Part shown: piece by piece, positions 35,255-47,112 of the stretch
Position numbering within the stretch: the stretch's first letter is position 1
Layout: each line of letters opens with the position of its first letter
From: Pachysolen tannophilus NRRL Y-2460
Taxonomy: Eukaryota
DNA: 64,000 nucleotides
Direction of reading: 5' to 3'
Assembly: GCA_001661245.1 (NCBI GenBank)
Contig: KV454012.1
Location: forward strand, 1,074,848 to 1,138,847
Notes under the pieces: model-generated
Database searches by the model: none
Seen by the model: the letters and a program-made list of their open reading frames with translations, nothing else
Told to the model about the DNA's origin: nothing
Made by a program: the position numbers and the translations under genes

Positions 35255-36145
35255 ATGCAAGTATTTGAGTATTTATTCAAGCCAAAGAAGTATGGAGATA
35301 AGTTAGCATTATTGGGACAAGGTGTTAGTGGTAAAGTTGAACTTTATCAATCTGGAGATAAGAAGTATGCTATTAAAACTTATCATGAAAAGGAAAAATT
35401 TGAAACTAAAGATGAATACAAACAAAGAGTATTAAAAGAATATAATAGTTTACAAAAATTACATCATATTAATATTGTTCAAGTCTTTACAATTGAAATT
35501 TCTTCTAATGGATTACAAATCCAACAAGTAATGGAATATTTTCCTTTTAAATTAAAACAATTTATAAAATTGAATAATAATCTTACAGAATTATATTGTT
35601 TTTTCAAACAACTTTGTAATGGTATTAAATATTTACATGAACAAGAAATTAGTCATAGAGATTTAAAATTAGATAATTTAATGGTAAATAATAAAGGTAT
35701 TTTGAAAATAATTGATTTTGATGCCATGACTCAAAATAATTTCCAAAGTTTTGGTATAGTTGGTAGTAAAAAATATTTAGCACCAGAAGTTTATTCAAAA
35801 TTAAGTTATAATCCAATAAAAATTGATATTTGGTCAATAGGTATAATCTTATATTATATGATAAATAGAAAATATCCTTGGGATATAGCAAATTTAAATG
35901 ATCAAAATTATAACAATTTTTATAACAAGTTAATAACAATTTATGAATTCCAAAATACAAATAATGAAAAAATGACAAAAGATTTAATTAAATTTATTTC
36001 TAAATTATTAGATGTTGACCCTGAAACAAGAATATCAATTAAAGAATTTCCCAATTTCAACTGGTTCAAAAAAATCAAAGATTGTAATCATACCCATCAC
36101 TTGGATAGCTTAAACACTCTTCTCTCACATCAACCTTCCTCATAA
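35255..36145 (+). CDS. Compact Ser/Thr protein kinase, Npr/Hal-like
   Basis: LGQGVSGKV, YAIK, KEY, HRDLKLDN, DFD in place of DFG, GSKKYLAPE, DIWSIG; first ATG 35255. Confidence 0.8.
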   Translation: MQVFEYLFKPKKYGDKLALLGQGVSGKVELYQSGDKKYAIKTYHEKEKFETKDEYKQRVLKEYNSLQKLHHINIVQVFTIEISSNGLQIQQVMEYFPFKLKQFIKLNNNLTELYCFFKQLCNGIKYLHEQEISHRDLKLDNLMVNNKGILKIIDFDAMTQNNFQSFGIVGSKKYLAPEVYSKLSYNPIKIDIWSIGIILYYMINRKYPWDIANLNDQNYNNFYNKLITIYEFQNTNNEKMTKDLIKFISKLLDVDPETRISIKEFPNFNWFKKIKDCNHTHHLDSLNTLLSHQPSS

Positions 36146-36586
36146 ATATATTTATATAGTAATTATTTTAACTTGAATGATATTTGAATCAATTAATCAA
36201 TTAATCAATTAATCCCCCTTTTTGTGAATTCCACGAAAAAACGTATATAAAAAAGAAAAAAATAAAACTTCAACAACTAGTAACTAGTAACGTAATCATA
36301 TTTATATATTTATTTATTTATTTATATAATTACATATAATTATATATATTATATATATATATATATATAACTAGAGACGGAATCATTTTGAAAGTTTTTG
36401 GATCTTTTAAACAATTTGTACCATTATAATATTGGAGTTTGTGGGTTTTCTTTTTTTTTTTTTTTCTAATTTTTAATATTTAATATTTAATTTTTAATTT
36501 TGTGTTTAGTTTTGTTAAAAAATTTTAGTGACTATAATCTTGTGAAAAAGAGAAAGTAAAAAGGAGAAGAAGAAATTATATGGAAG

Positions 36587-38908
36587 ATGGATTCGAATTC
36601 TGCAAATTCTTCATCGATTGATTCGTCAAATGAGAAGAATGATACAAGTTCAATAGAGATTGATAGTAATATTATTAGTGGTAGTAATTACAACAGTAGT
36701 AGTACTAATAATAATAATAATAATAGTAATAGTAATAATAGTAATAGTAATGGGAACGCTAATAGTAATATTACACAGGCAACAAGTACGGCGAATACCA
36801 ATCCGAATACAAATACAAGCTCGAGTTTGAGTGCTCAACAGCAGCAGCAACAACAACAGCAACAACAACAGCTTGCTATATCGTCATCACAACATTTGTT
36901 GGAAGATCCAAAGTTTTTACTGGTTTTGAATTCGGATGAAAGTTTAGATGCTTTGTTAGGAAGGCTTAAAAAAAGTATTCTTTCATGTGATGAATTTGCT
37001 AAATTTATTAGGAAAAAAGCTTTATTAGAAGAAGAACATTATAATCAAATGAGAAAGATTGCTAGAAATACAAGAGAAATTTTGAAAAATAATTCACAAA
37101 ATTTAAAACAAGATTCTTTTATAAAAAGTTTAGATGAAATTATTGGATTTGATGAAAAATTATTTAATGTTGGTAATTCATATGTTAAAGCTTTAACTTT
37201 AATGCATGAACAATTAAGTGCTTTAAGTGCAACAATTTCAAAATCTAGAAAATCAATTAAAGAAGAAGGTAAAAGAAAAGAAAAAGAATGTATTGATGCT
37301 ATTAATTCTGCTGAAAAACTGAAAAATAAATATAATAATCATTGTTCAGAATTGGAAAAAATAAGAACTACAGATCCAACAAAGAAAACTTTTACATTAA
37401 AAGGATCCAAGACAGGTTCACAACAAGAAGAAGAATTAAGTAGAAAAGTTCAAATTGCTGATAGTGATTTTAAAGCAAAAGTTCATCAATGTAAAAAATT
37501 AAAAGATGAATTATTACAATTCCATAGACCATCAAATGCTAAAGCTTTAAAAAATTTGATTTTAGAAATTGATATTGCATTATCAGCACAATTACAAAAA
37601 TATTCAACTTGGAATGAAACTTTAGTTATGAATTCAGGTGTATTAATAAGTCCATTAGGACGGGATCCAAAGAGACCTTCAATGAGAAGTATTGCTTCTT
37701 CAATCAATAATGAAAAAGATTTATTTGATTATGTGGTGAAGTTTCATGCAAAACCTTCAAATAAACTGTTGATTCCTGTTGAATATAATGTTCATCCATC
37801 ATTAGGAGGTGTCACATTTAATCCAATAAGTAATGCAGCTACGAGTTCAACAATTACAAATAACATTAATAGTAATAGCAGCAATAACAACAATGTTAGC
37901 AACAACAACATATCAAAACCAAGTGGAGTAGTTAAAAATGGGAATACTAATAATACATCAACTCCATATAAAAATTCGACTGCTGGTAATAAAAATGTAT
38001 CAGGTTCAGCATTGTCTACTCCAACTGTTACACATGAAAACAATTTTAATTCTAATTCAACTTTATCTGCTCTGATATCATCAACACCAAAGAGTAGTGG
38101 TATTATTTCATTATCAACTTCAGCAATGGCAATAGGAACTTTAGATCCTGCAGCTAATAATCATAATAATGGGAATGGTCAACAACTGAAACAAAGAGGA
38201 ATGACTGGACCAAGACCTTTATCAATGATGAGTGATTCAGTACTGTCATCTGTATTACCACCTGGAACAACAAGAAATCAACCAACTTTTGGTGTACCTA
38301 TTGAAAATTTAGTTAATACTGATAATGAATTAGTTCCTTCAATTGTTAGACAATGTATTTATGTTATTGAAACTTATGGATTAGAATTGGAAGGTATTTA
38401 TAGAACAAGTGCCAATGTGACAAAAGTTAAAGAATTAAGAGAATTAATAGATTTAGATCCAGCCAATATACGTTTGATTGGTCCTCAAATAATTAATAAT
38501 GAAGCTATAAATCCTGAAGCAGTTGTAGATGGAGATATTTATTGTGTTGCATCATTATTAAAATTATTTTTTGCTTCATTACCAGAACCATTACTTTCAA
38601 GAGATTTATACAAGAGATTTTTAGATGCTGTTAAAATTCAAGATTCTGATTTAAGAGGTAAAAAATTACATCAAATTGTTTATGAATTACCTGATGGACC
38701 TTATTGGACTTTGAGATCATTAATTTTCCATTTAAATAAAGTTGCTGCAAAGCAAGATGTTAATAGAATGAGTGAAAGAAATTTAGGTATAGTATGGGGT
38801 CCAACATTATTATTCAGTGATCATACAAATGCAGAAGATATGAGTTATCAAGGTAAAGTTGTTGAAGAATTAATGTATATTGCTACCCAAATTTTTGAAG
38901 AAGAATAA
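36587..38908 (+). CDS. RGD1: F-BAR plus RhoGAP protein Rgd1
   Basis: LLGRLKKSILSCDEFAKFIRKK F-BAR start; TFGVP, VRQCIYVIETYGLELEGIYRTS, LLKLFFASLPEPLL, NRM..NLGIVWGPTL. Confidence 0.9.
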   Translation: MDSNSANSSSIDSSNEKNDTSSIEIDSNIISGSNYNSSSTNNNNNNSNSNNSNSNGNANSNITQATSTANTNPNTNTSSSLSAQQQQQQQQQQQQLAISSSQHLLEDPKFLLVLNSDESLDALLGRLKKSILSCDEFAKFIRKKALLEEEHYNQMRKIARNTREILKNNSQNLKQDSFIKSLDEIIGFDEKLFNVGNSYVKALTLMHEQLSALSATISKSRKSIKEEGKRKEKECIDAINSAEKLKNKYNNHCSELEKIRTTDPTKKTFTLKGSKTGSQQEEELSRKVQIADSDFKAKVHQCKKLKDELLQFHRPSNAKALKNLILEIDIALSAQLQKYSTWNETLVMNSGVLISPLGRDPKRPSMRSIASSINNEKDLFDYVVKFHAKPSNKLLIPVEYNVHPSLGGVTFNPISNAATSSTITNNINSNSSNNNNVSNNNISKPSGVVKNGNTNNTSTPYKNSTAGNKNVSGSALSTPTVTHENNFNSNSTLSALISSTPKSSGIISLSTSAMAIGTLDPAANNHNNGNGQQLKQRGMTGPRPLSMMSDSVLSSVLPPGTTRNQPTFGVPIENLVNTDNELVPSIVRQCIYVIETYGLELEGIYRTSANVTKVKELRELIDLDPANIRLIGPQIINNEAINPEAVVDGDIYCVASLLKLFFASLPEPLLSRDLYKRFLDAVKIQDSDLRGKKLHQIVYELPDGPYWTLRSLIFHLNKVAAKQDVNRMSERNLGIVWGPTLLFSDHTNAEDMSYQGKVVEELMYIATQIFEEE

Positions 38909-39790
38909 ATATTTTTTTAAGTGATAAAAGCAGCTATAATTATACTATATTTTTTTTTTTTTTTTTTTTTGTATTTTTTATATTTCCCCTTTATTTGTTT
39001 ATCGATATGAGTAATAATTGTTTTGTAATTATAATGTTTGAATAATATGATTAATCCAAGAGTGAACAACTATTACAACTATTACAACTACAACTATTAA
39101 AACTATGAAAAATTACGTCATTTTAGTTTTTTTTTTCGGTTTGTATGCACAACACACCAAATTGTAGTAAAAGATGATATAATTAATAAAATAATTTAAT
39201 ATAAATATGAAAATGTAGCGTGTAGAAATTTTTAACAATATTTCTAATTGATCTAGAACAAACTAAATATAAAATATATATAAAATATATATTTTTATAT
39301 ATTTTTATATATTTCAAACAATTGATTCAACAATCAATGTAGAAGTTGTCAAATTTTATCTCATATTAGATAGATAAGAAAGAAAAAAAGAATAAGAATA
39401 AGAATAAGAATAAGAATAATTGATTCTTTTAAAGGTTGATTATAAGTTTGTTTCTTTGTTTCTTTGTTTCTTTTCTTTTGTTTTTTTTTTTGTTTTTTTT
39501 TGGTATTTTTTTTTTATTTTTTTATTTTTTTATTTTTTTTGTAATTTTTTGGTTTTTTTATGCTTCTTTTTTTGTTAGTAATTAATAATTAAACGGATTG
39601 AACAACAACAAAAATAATAATAATAATAACAAGTATAAAAAGTATATAAATTAAGGATTTTTAATTGGCAAAAAAAAAAGTAGAAGGATTCATTACTTCA
39701 TTACTTGTTTCAAGAGAAATTTTTTCATAATAGGTAGATAATTTCTACTAATATAGTAATTAGGCGGATTTTACAAGTTTAATAGAGTAA

Positions 39791-40234
39791 ATGACACCAA
39801 ACCTTGAAGAATCAGACCTAATTGATTGGTCGATTTTTTCGGAATTATTAATAATGGATGAAGATGAAGAAGGGTTTAGTAAAGGATTGATTACTACGTT
39901 TGTGGAACAAGCAATGAATATTTTTAATCAAATTGAATCATTATTAGCTGATAAAGAAGATGAAAATAAATTAACAAAATTATCTTCATTAGGTCATTAT
40001 TTAAAAGGAAGTGCTGCTGCATTAGGTTTAAAAAAAATTCAATATCAATGTGAAAGAATACAAAATTATGGGAATAAAATTGCATTTGATGAATTTGGTA
40101 AAAAAGAAACGAAAAAAGATGATGATGATGATGAAACTTGGTTATCTTGTATTCAAGATGCATTAAAAATTGCAAAATTAGAATTTGTGAAAACTAGGAA
40201 CTTGTTTAGTGAATATTTTGGAGAGACTTTATGA
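39791..40234 (+). CDS. YPD1: Histidine phosphotransfer protein Ypd1
   Basis: IDWSIFSELLIMDEDEEGFS and SLGHYLKGSAAALGL..IQYQCERIQNYG HPt motif. Confidence 0.93.
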   Translation: MTPNLEESDLIDWSIFSELLIMDEDEEGFSKGLITTFVEQAMNIFNQIESLLADKEDENKLTKLSSLGHYLKGSAAALGLKKIQYQCERIQNYGNKIAFDEFGKKETKKDDDDDETWLSCIQDALKIAKLEFVKTRNLFSEYFGETL

Positions 40235-40594
40235 AAAAAATAAAAAGAAAAAGAAAAGAAAAGAAAACATTTTTAGGAAAGTAATGATAATATAAAAGAA
40301 TAACATAAAAGAGAAATTGAATAAACTATCTTTTTTTTTTTTTTTTTTTTTTTTTATTCTTATTTTTTTGATTAGAAAGATGTTATGAAATTTTACGTTG
40401 TTGATGGTTTTGGTTTTGAATTTTTTTATTTTATTTTTTTTTCTTTTTATTTTATTATTTATAAATACATCATCTTTCAAGGACTTCAGAATTATAACTC
40501 AGCTGCGCTACGATGAAATTGTTTAACATAATGTTGAAACTAACAACAAGAAACAAGAAAGAAAATATGAACATATATAATAGACTAACCCCCC

Positions 40595-40642
<48 letters not shown>

Positions 40643-41022
40643 NNNNNNNNNNNNNNNNNNNNNNNNNNNNNNNNNNNNNNNNNNNNNNNNNNNNNNNNNN
40701 NNNNNNNNNNNNNNNNNNNNNNNNNNNNNNNNNNNNNNNNNNNNNNNNNNNNNNNNNNNNNNNNNNNNNNNNNNNNNNNNNNNNNNNNNNNNNNNNNNNN
40801 NNNNNNNNNNNNNNNNNNNNNNNNNNNNNNNNNNNNNNNNNNNNNNNNNNNNNNNNNNNNNNNNNNNNNNNNNNNNNNNNNNNNNNNNNNNNNNNNNNNN
40901 NNNNNNNNNNNNNNNNNNNNNNNNNNNNNNNNNNNNNNNNNNNNNNNNNNNNNNNNNNNNNNNNNNNNNNNNNNNNNNNNNNNNNNNNNNNNNNNNNNNN
41001 NNNNNNNNNNNNNNNNNNNNNN
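40643..41022. other. Assembly gap
   Basis: N run flanked by poly(A). Confidence 0.99.
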
Positions 41023-41783
41023 AAAAAAAAAAAATAAAATAAAACATACCCCAAAGAAATGGTGTGAGATTTTTTTTTTTATTTTTTTCTTTCTTTAATT
41101 TTAATCTTAATTTTATTTACTTTAATTTTTTTTTTTTTTATTTTTTGGTCTTTGACTTTGACTTTGACTTTGATAATTGTTAATTGTCTCTTTTTTTTGT
41201 TGTTGTTGTTGTAATTTGTATTTGCTGTTGTATTTGCTTTTTTGTTTTACATATATTGCTTCGTTCTTAAAGGATTTATGAATTAAGATTAATTCATTTT
41301 TTTTAATTGGCATATTGTAGAAAAATTAAAAATGGAAAATTTTCATAATTTTCATAATATTTATTCTTTTTATGATTAAGTTGAGGTTTTAATGACTAAA
41401 TTGAACTTATTCTTGCCTTTGTAGATGATATAATGACTTTAAGCGGTAAAGGAAAAATACAGGGCAGAGCAGGTGAGGTCTCGGTGCGCCTTGCCGCATC
41501 GCACCGCACAATTTCAGAGATTAAGCGATTCAGCGATTTTGGTAATTTTTTTTGGCGATTTTATTGATTTCAGTACGGTCATAACCGATATACAAAATTA
41601 AAACAAAAATTCGAATTTTTAATTTAACTGCCTCGATTGACCTCGATTGACTCTAAATTAACTCAAAAGCTAAAAAGCCCAATTATTATTTTTCTCGATT
41701 TTAGTCTATGCCTTTCCCGTTTCAAATATTGTATCTTTCTCTAAAGTTGATGTAGCTTAAAAAAATAAAAACTATATATATAC

Positions 41784-42686
41784 TTAAGCCTCATTCAAAA
41801 ATTCATATATATCTCCTAGTTTATCAGCATAATATAATGGTTGTTTATCCTTTTCTTGTTTAAAGACATTTTCTTCTGATTCAATACCAGTTAATACTAA
41901 TAACGTTCCTAACCCACCATCTAATCCAAAAATCATATCTGTATTTAATCTATCACCAACCATACAAGTTCTTTCTCTGTTAATACCATGCAGAGCAACT
42001 ATAACATCTAACATATTTTGATTTGGTTTACCACAAGCAATTGGTGTTCTATGTGAACAAGTAGCTACAGATTGAATTATTGATCCAGCACCTGGTAAAA
42101 TCATACCATTACTTGGATATGTAGAATCAATATTGGTCAGAATAAATGGAATTTCCAAATTTAACAAATATTGTAAAGTAGCAGCCATTTTTAAATAATT
42201 GATATGTGTTGTTAATCCAACAATAACTGCACCAACAGTTGGATCTGGTTTTAAAAAATGATTATCATTTGAAAATTCAACATTTAATGCAGGATCAGTA
42301 CCTCCAATTGATTCAATACCAATTTCTTTTAACTCTTGTTCAATACCAGATTCACCAAATACCCAAACTTTCTTACTCTTGTCAAAATTTAAAAATTTTT
42401 CAAGATAAATACATGAAGCATAAGATGAACCAAAAATTTCTTCTTTATTAACATTTAAACCAAATTTTTTAAATTTTTCAACATACTGTACTCTTGATTT
42501 TGTAGAATTATTAGTAACAAAAATTAATTTTTTACCTTGAGATCTAAGAAAATTTAAAGTCTCAATCACTTTTGGTAATAATTGATCACCTAACCAAAGT
42601 ACACCATCACAATCAAACAAAAAACAATCATATTTATTTAAAAAATTTAAAACACCTTCCTTCGCACTCAACTTAACCGGTGACAT
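41784..42686 (-). CDS. PHO13: HAD-IIA p-nitrophenyl/metabolite-repair phosphatase Pho13
   Basis: FLFDCDGVLW, FVTNNSTKSR, CGKPNQNM, MVGDRLNTD, LLVLTG. Confidence 0.93.
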   Translation of the reverse strand: MSPVKLSAKEGVLNFLNKYDCFLFDCDGVLWLGDQLLPKVIETLNFLRSQGKKLIFVTNNSTKSRVQYVEKFKKFGLNVNKEEIFGSSYASCIYLEKFLNFDKSKKVWVFGESGIEQELKEIGIESIGGTDPALNVEFSNDNHFLKPDPTVGAVIVGLTTHINYLKMAATLQYLLNLEIPFILTNIDSTYPSNGMILPGAGSIIQSVATCSHRTPIACGKPNQNMLDVIVALHGINRERTCMVGDRLNTDMIFGLDGGLGTLLVLTGIESEENVFKQEKDKQPLYYADKLGDIYEFLNEA

Positions 42687-43368
42687 TCTTTTTATTTTTT
42701 ACTCTCTTTTCTACTCTTTTTTTTTTTTTGGCTTTTGCCTTTTGATTTTCTTTATAAAGAAGATTTAAACTAGAAAAACTTAGTAACTATAATTAATTTT
42801 ATAAACTACAACAAAAAAATCTGTTCCATCTATCTATCCCATCACCATCAGCTGTTGTTGTTGAAATTTTAATTAACAACCTACTACCAGCCACACTGAT
42901 TACCATTTATAGCAAAACAAACGCGCCACGCAAAGCAAAAATATATACATTTACAGACAAATTTACTACAACAAGCAATAAGTGGCTAGTATGTTACTAT
43001 AATTTATTTTAAGATCAATAATTTGAATTAAAATCACCAATTTTAACAATTAAATCCCAATAACAAGCTCAATTACAAATGAATACAGTGGATGATTTTT
43101 AATCTCCAATAATATGAATCAATTTAAACATAAACATATTTTCCAAATGACTGAATCCCCAGTCCAGTGTTCCATGGGTAAAAAAGTGGAAATTTTTTGT
43201 TACGCGCGTGCGCGACCGAGGTTTGAGAGGGAAAAAAACGACAAACCCCAAGCAAACTGGGCTGGCTATCTAGCTAATTTAACTAACTATCTTGTTAACC
43301 AGATGATTATTATTATTATTTTGAATTATCAGTTTATTGAATTATCAATCCATCAAAAGTAATTGATA

Positions 43369-43794
43369 ATGGGTCAAGATTTGCCTCCAGTTGGAGGTTA
43401 TGAGCCTATACAGTGGAAACGTAATTTACCTTCAAGAGGTTTTAGACCTGTAGTTTGGTTTTTAGGTTTATGTACCATGACTGGTTATGGATTTTATAAA
43501 ATTATTTTGAATAATAGAGAGAATTATGAATTGAAAAGAGAAAAATTATGGTCAAGAATATATCTTTTACCGTTGCTACAACTGGAACAAGATAGAAATG
43601 TTGTCAGAAGAACATTTGCTTATTATAAGAAAGAAGGTGAGATTATGAAGAATGTTCCATGGTGGGAAGTCAAATCTACTTATAACAGTAAAGACGTTTT
43701 CCATCCTCCACAAACTGCATTAATTGGTAAGCAATTGGATGAAGATGGGTTTTTTACTCATGCTAATTCTAAAAACAGATTCTCTGATGATTAA
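43369..43794 (+). CDS. Complex I accessory subunit NDUFA13/GRIM-19 (NB6M)
   Basis: QDLPPVGGYEPIQWKRNLPSRGFRP, REKLWSRIYLLPLLQ(CTG)EQDR; ATG 43369. Confidence 0.92.
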   Translation: MGQDLPPVGGYEPIQWKRNLPSRGFRPVVWFLGLCTMTGYGFYKIILNNRENYELKREKLWSRIYLLPLLQLEQDRNVVRRTFAYYKKEGEIMKNVPWWEVKSTYNSKDVFHPPQTALIGKQLDEDGFFTHANSKNRFSDD

Positions 43795-44142
43795 TCGGCA
43801 AGGTTTCCTTAATTTCTTTATTTATTTATTTATTCCTACTTGAGACTTCTATCAACCATTATTTATTTATTTATTTATTTATTTATTAATCTATTTATCT
43901 TGAATTACAATCATATCATTTTATTGAATTGAATTTGTAGAAGTAAATTGCATAAAGAAGAGTTGAAATTAAAATTAAAATAAAAAAAAAAATTTTAATA
44001 AAAAGAAAAAAAGAAAGGTAGGAGGAGGTTCAAAATGATCTATATTCTTTTTTATCATTTAGTCTATGTTTAATATATATAAATATTCTTTTTAATTCCA
44101 ATAATTTTCCATTTTAAACTGAGCGATATTTTTGCTTTGATT

Positions 44143-45882
44143 ATGGATTGGAATAGAAATCTTTTAATACTATTGTTAATTGCAGTTAGGGTTTATTGTG
44201 TATTTAATGGTATAATATCAGATTGTGATGAAGTATTTAATTATTGGGAGCCATTAAATTTAATTTTACGAAATTTTGGTAAACAAACTTGGGAGTATTC
44301 ACCTATTTATTCAATTAGATCATGGGCATATTTAATTCCTTATTCAACATTATCATATCCTTTTATTCATATTTTTAACAATGTTAACTTGTTTTATTTC
44401 GTAAGATTCTTATTATGTGGTTTTACAACTATTGCAGAATTGAAATTATTTAATACCATATACTACAAGATTAATAAGAAATTAGGATATTGGTTTTTAC
44501 TATTACAAGCCATTAACCCTGGTATGTCACATGCTTCAATTGCATTATTACCATCTAGTCTTGCAATGAATTCCGAATTTTTCACATTAAGCTATTTAAT
44601 AGATTATTTGCTTAATGATGAAGATAATAATGGGTTTAAAATTATATTTTGGTATTCAATAGGTGGATTACTTGGTTGGCCATTTTATCTTGTTATGACA
44701 CTCGTTTTTGTTGCTTATTATACTCTGGTAAATCTTATTGAAAGAAAGTTTCTAAAAATTTTAAAATTTGGAATTTTTGCAATTTTCATCTCTTCATCAA
44801 TATTATCTTTAATTGTTTTCATTGATTCATCATTATACCAAAAATTTGTTATTGTTCCTCTTAATATCGTTCTTTATAATGTTGTAAATGCAAGTGAAAA
44901 AAGTGGACCAGCAATATTTGGAGTTGAACCTGTTAGTTATTACATTTTGAATTTATTACTAAATTTTAATATTAGTGGTATATTGGGTTATTTAGGTATA
45001 ATAATATCACCATTATTAAATATTTTCCAAAAATCAGATAATAATTTAAAAATATTTAACGAAAATGCTAGATTGTTGACAATATTATTACAGTTGATTT
45101 TATGGTCACTGATTTTCTTTTCACAACCTCATAAAGAAGAAAGATTTTTATATCCAATTTATCCATTAATTAATTTAAGTTCTTCAATCTTAATCTTCAA
45201 AATTTTTCAAATTTTTGACCTTGTGTTAGCTATTGTTATAAAGGCCAGAATTATTAGAAGAATTATTAAAAAATTATCGTTATTTGTTAGTGTATTGATA
45301 ATATCAACTATATCACTATTAAGAATCATATCGTTAATTGAAAACTATTCAGCTCCATTGAAAGTTTACTCACATCTCCCACAGAATATAACAGATGTAA
45401 AGGAAAATGTCAATGTTTGCGTTGGTAGAGAATGGTATCATTTTCCATCATCATTTTTCTTACCAACACATTCAAGATTGAAATTTATAAAATCATCATT
45501 TAACGGATTATTACCTGGTGATTTTCTTGAAAGCTTTTCTTTAAAAGAAACAATATCTACTATACCCCCAAATATGAATAACGAAAATATTTTCGAAGAA
45601 GATAAGGTATTAACAAATATGGAAAGCTGTCAATTCTTCATTGATATTGATCAGGAAGTTGACTTTGAAAATGGCGAGCTGCCAATTATTCAAAAATCCA
45701 ATACTGGAGAACTTCTTATAGATAAGAACTGGGAAAAGAAATATTGCGGAAAATTAATTAATGCTGATGAAAGTTATGGAATTGGTAGATTGATATATAT
45801 TCCAGAAAGATTCCATGAGATTTTTAAAACTAAAGTTTCATACTTTAATTACTGTTTAGTGGAAAGAAAAGAAATTAAGTAA
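44143..45882 (+). CDS. ALG9: Alpha-1,2-mannosyltransferase Alg9
   Basis: [61 protein letters not shown] 44143. Confidence 0.95.
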   Translation: MDWNRNLLILLLIAVRVYCVFNGIISDCDEVFNYWEPLNLILRNFGKQTWEYSPIYSIRSWAYLIPYSTLSYPFIHIFNNVNLFYFVRFLLCGFTTIAELKLFNTIYYKINKKLGYWFLLLQAINPGMSHASIALLPSSLAMNSEFFTLSYLIDYLLNDEDNNGFKIIFWYSIGGLLGWPFYLVMTLVFVAYYTLVNLIERKFLKILKFGIFAIFISSSILSLIVFIDSSLYQKFVIVPLNIVLYNVVNASEKSGPAIFGVEPVSYYILNLLLNFNISGILGYLGIIISPLLNIFQKSDNNLKIFNENARLLTILLQLILWSLIFFSQPHKEERFLYPIYPLINLSSSILIFKIFQIFDLVLAIVIKARIIRRIIKKLSLFVSVLIISTISLLRIISLIENYSAPLKVYSHLPQNITDVKENVNVCVGREWYHFPSSFFLPTHSRLKFIKSSFNGLLPGDFLESFSLKETISTIPPNMNNENIFEEDKVLTNMESCQFFIDIDQEVDFENGELPIIQKSNTGELLIDKNWEKKYCGKLINADESYGIGRLIYIPERFHEIFKTKVSYFNYCLVERKEIK

Positions 45883-45933
45883 TGACAAGATTTAACCTAA
45901 TGTATAGAAAATTTCTAGATATATTTATATATA

Positions 45934-46966
45934 AAGCAAAAGGTTTAAAATGTCGTGATAGATTATTCTTATCATCTAGAGCTCATTTAGTTTTTGATTT
46001 TCATCAAAGAACTGATAAATTAAAAGAACTGGAATTGAGTGAAAATCAAAAAGCAATAGGTACTACTGGTAAAGGTATTGGTCCAGCTTATTCTACAAAA
46101 GTTTCAAGATCAGGTATTAGAGTTCATCATTTAGTTAGTGATGAACCTGATTCTTGGAAAGAATTTGAAATTAGATTAAAAAGATTAATCGATACTAGAA
46201 AAAAAGATATGGTGAATTTGATTGTGATTTACAAACTGAATTACTGGAATATAAAATATTACGTGAAAAGATTAAACCATTCGTTGTTGATTCTGTTGAT
46301 TTTATTCATTCTGCTTTACAACAGAAAAAGAAAATCTTAATTGAAGGTGCTAATGCATTGATGTTGGATATCGATTTTGGTACTTATCCTTACGTTACAT
46401 CTTCAAACACCGGTATAGGTGGTGTTCTTACAGGGTTAGGTATTCCACCACAAGCTATAAGAAACATTTATGGTGTTGTTAAGGCTTATACTACAAGAGT
46501 CGGTGAAGGTCCATTTGCAACTGAACAATTGAATGAAGTTGGTGAAAAATTACAAGACCTTGGTGCTGAGTTTGGTGTCACCACTGGTAGAAAGAGAAGA
46601 TGTGGATGGTTAGATTTGGTTGTCTTGAAATATTCAACTTTTATTAACGGATATACTTCTTTAAACATCACCAAATTAGATGTATTGGATACTTTTAAAG
46701 AAATTAAAGTTGCTATCTCATACAGTTATAAAGGTGAAAAATTATCTAGTTTCCCTGAAGATTTACATAAATTGAGTAAAGTTGATGTGGAATATGTAAC
46801 ATTACCTGGTTGGAATGAGGATATTACCAAAATTAGAAATTATGAAGATTTACCAGAAAATGCAAAGAAGTATTTGAAATTTATTGAAGACTATCTTAAT
46901 GTTCCTATCCAATGGGTCGGTACTGGTCCAGGAAGAGAAAGCATGTTGGAAAAATCAATCAACTGA
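45934..46966 (+). pseudogene. ADE12: 3' part (residue 86 to the end) of adenylosuccinate synthetase, on the opposite strand to its 5' part, with a -1 frameshift at the A7 run 46199-46205
   Basis: [39 protein letters not shown]; then in the shifted frame [70 protein letters not shown]. Confidence 0.9.
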
Positions 46967-47112
46967 AATAGTTTAAGAGTTATTTGATTTCTTATGAATT
47001 TCTGTCGGTTTCTGTTGTTTTCTTTTTTTCTTATCTTTTTTATTTTTATTTTTATTTTTTTGTAGTTTTTGATTCTTGTCTTTGTCTCTTAAGTTTTCTT
47101 ATATTTTAAATC

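Noticed and set aside
43114..43362. 82-aa ORF upstream of NDUFA13
   Set aside because: Lies in promoter DNA (CGCG-rich element); no recognisable protein features
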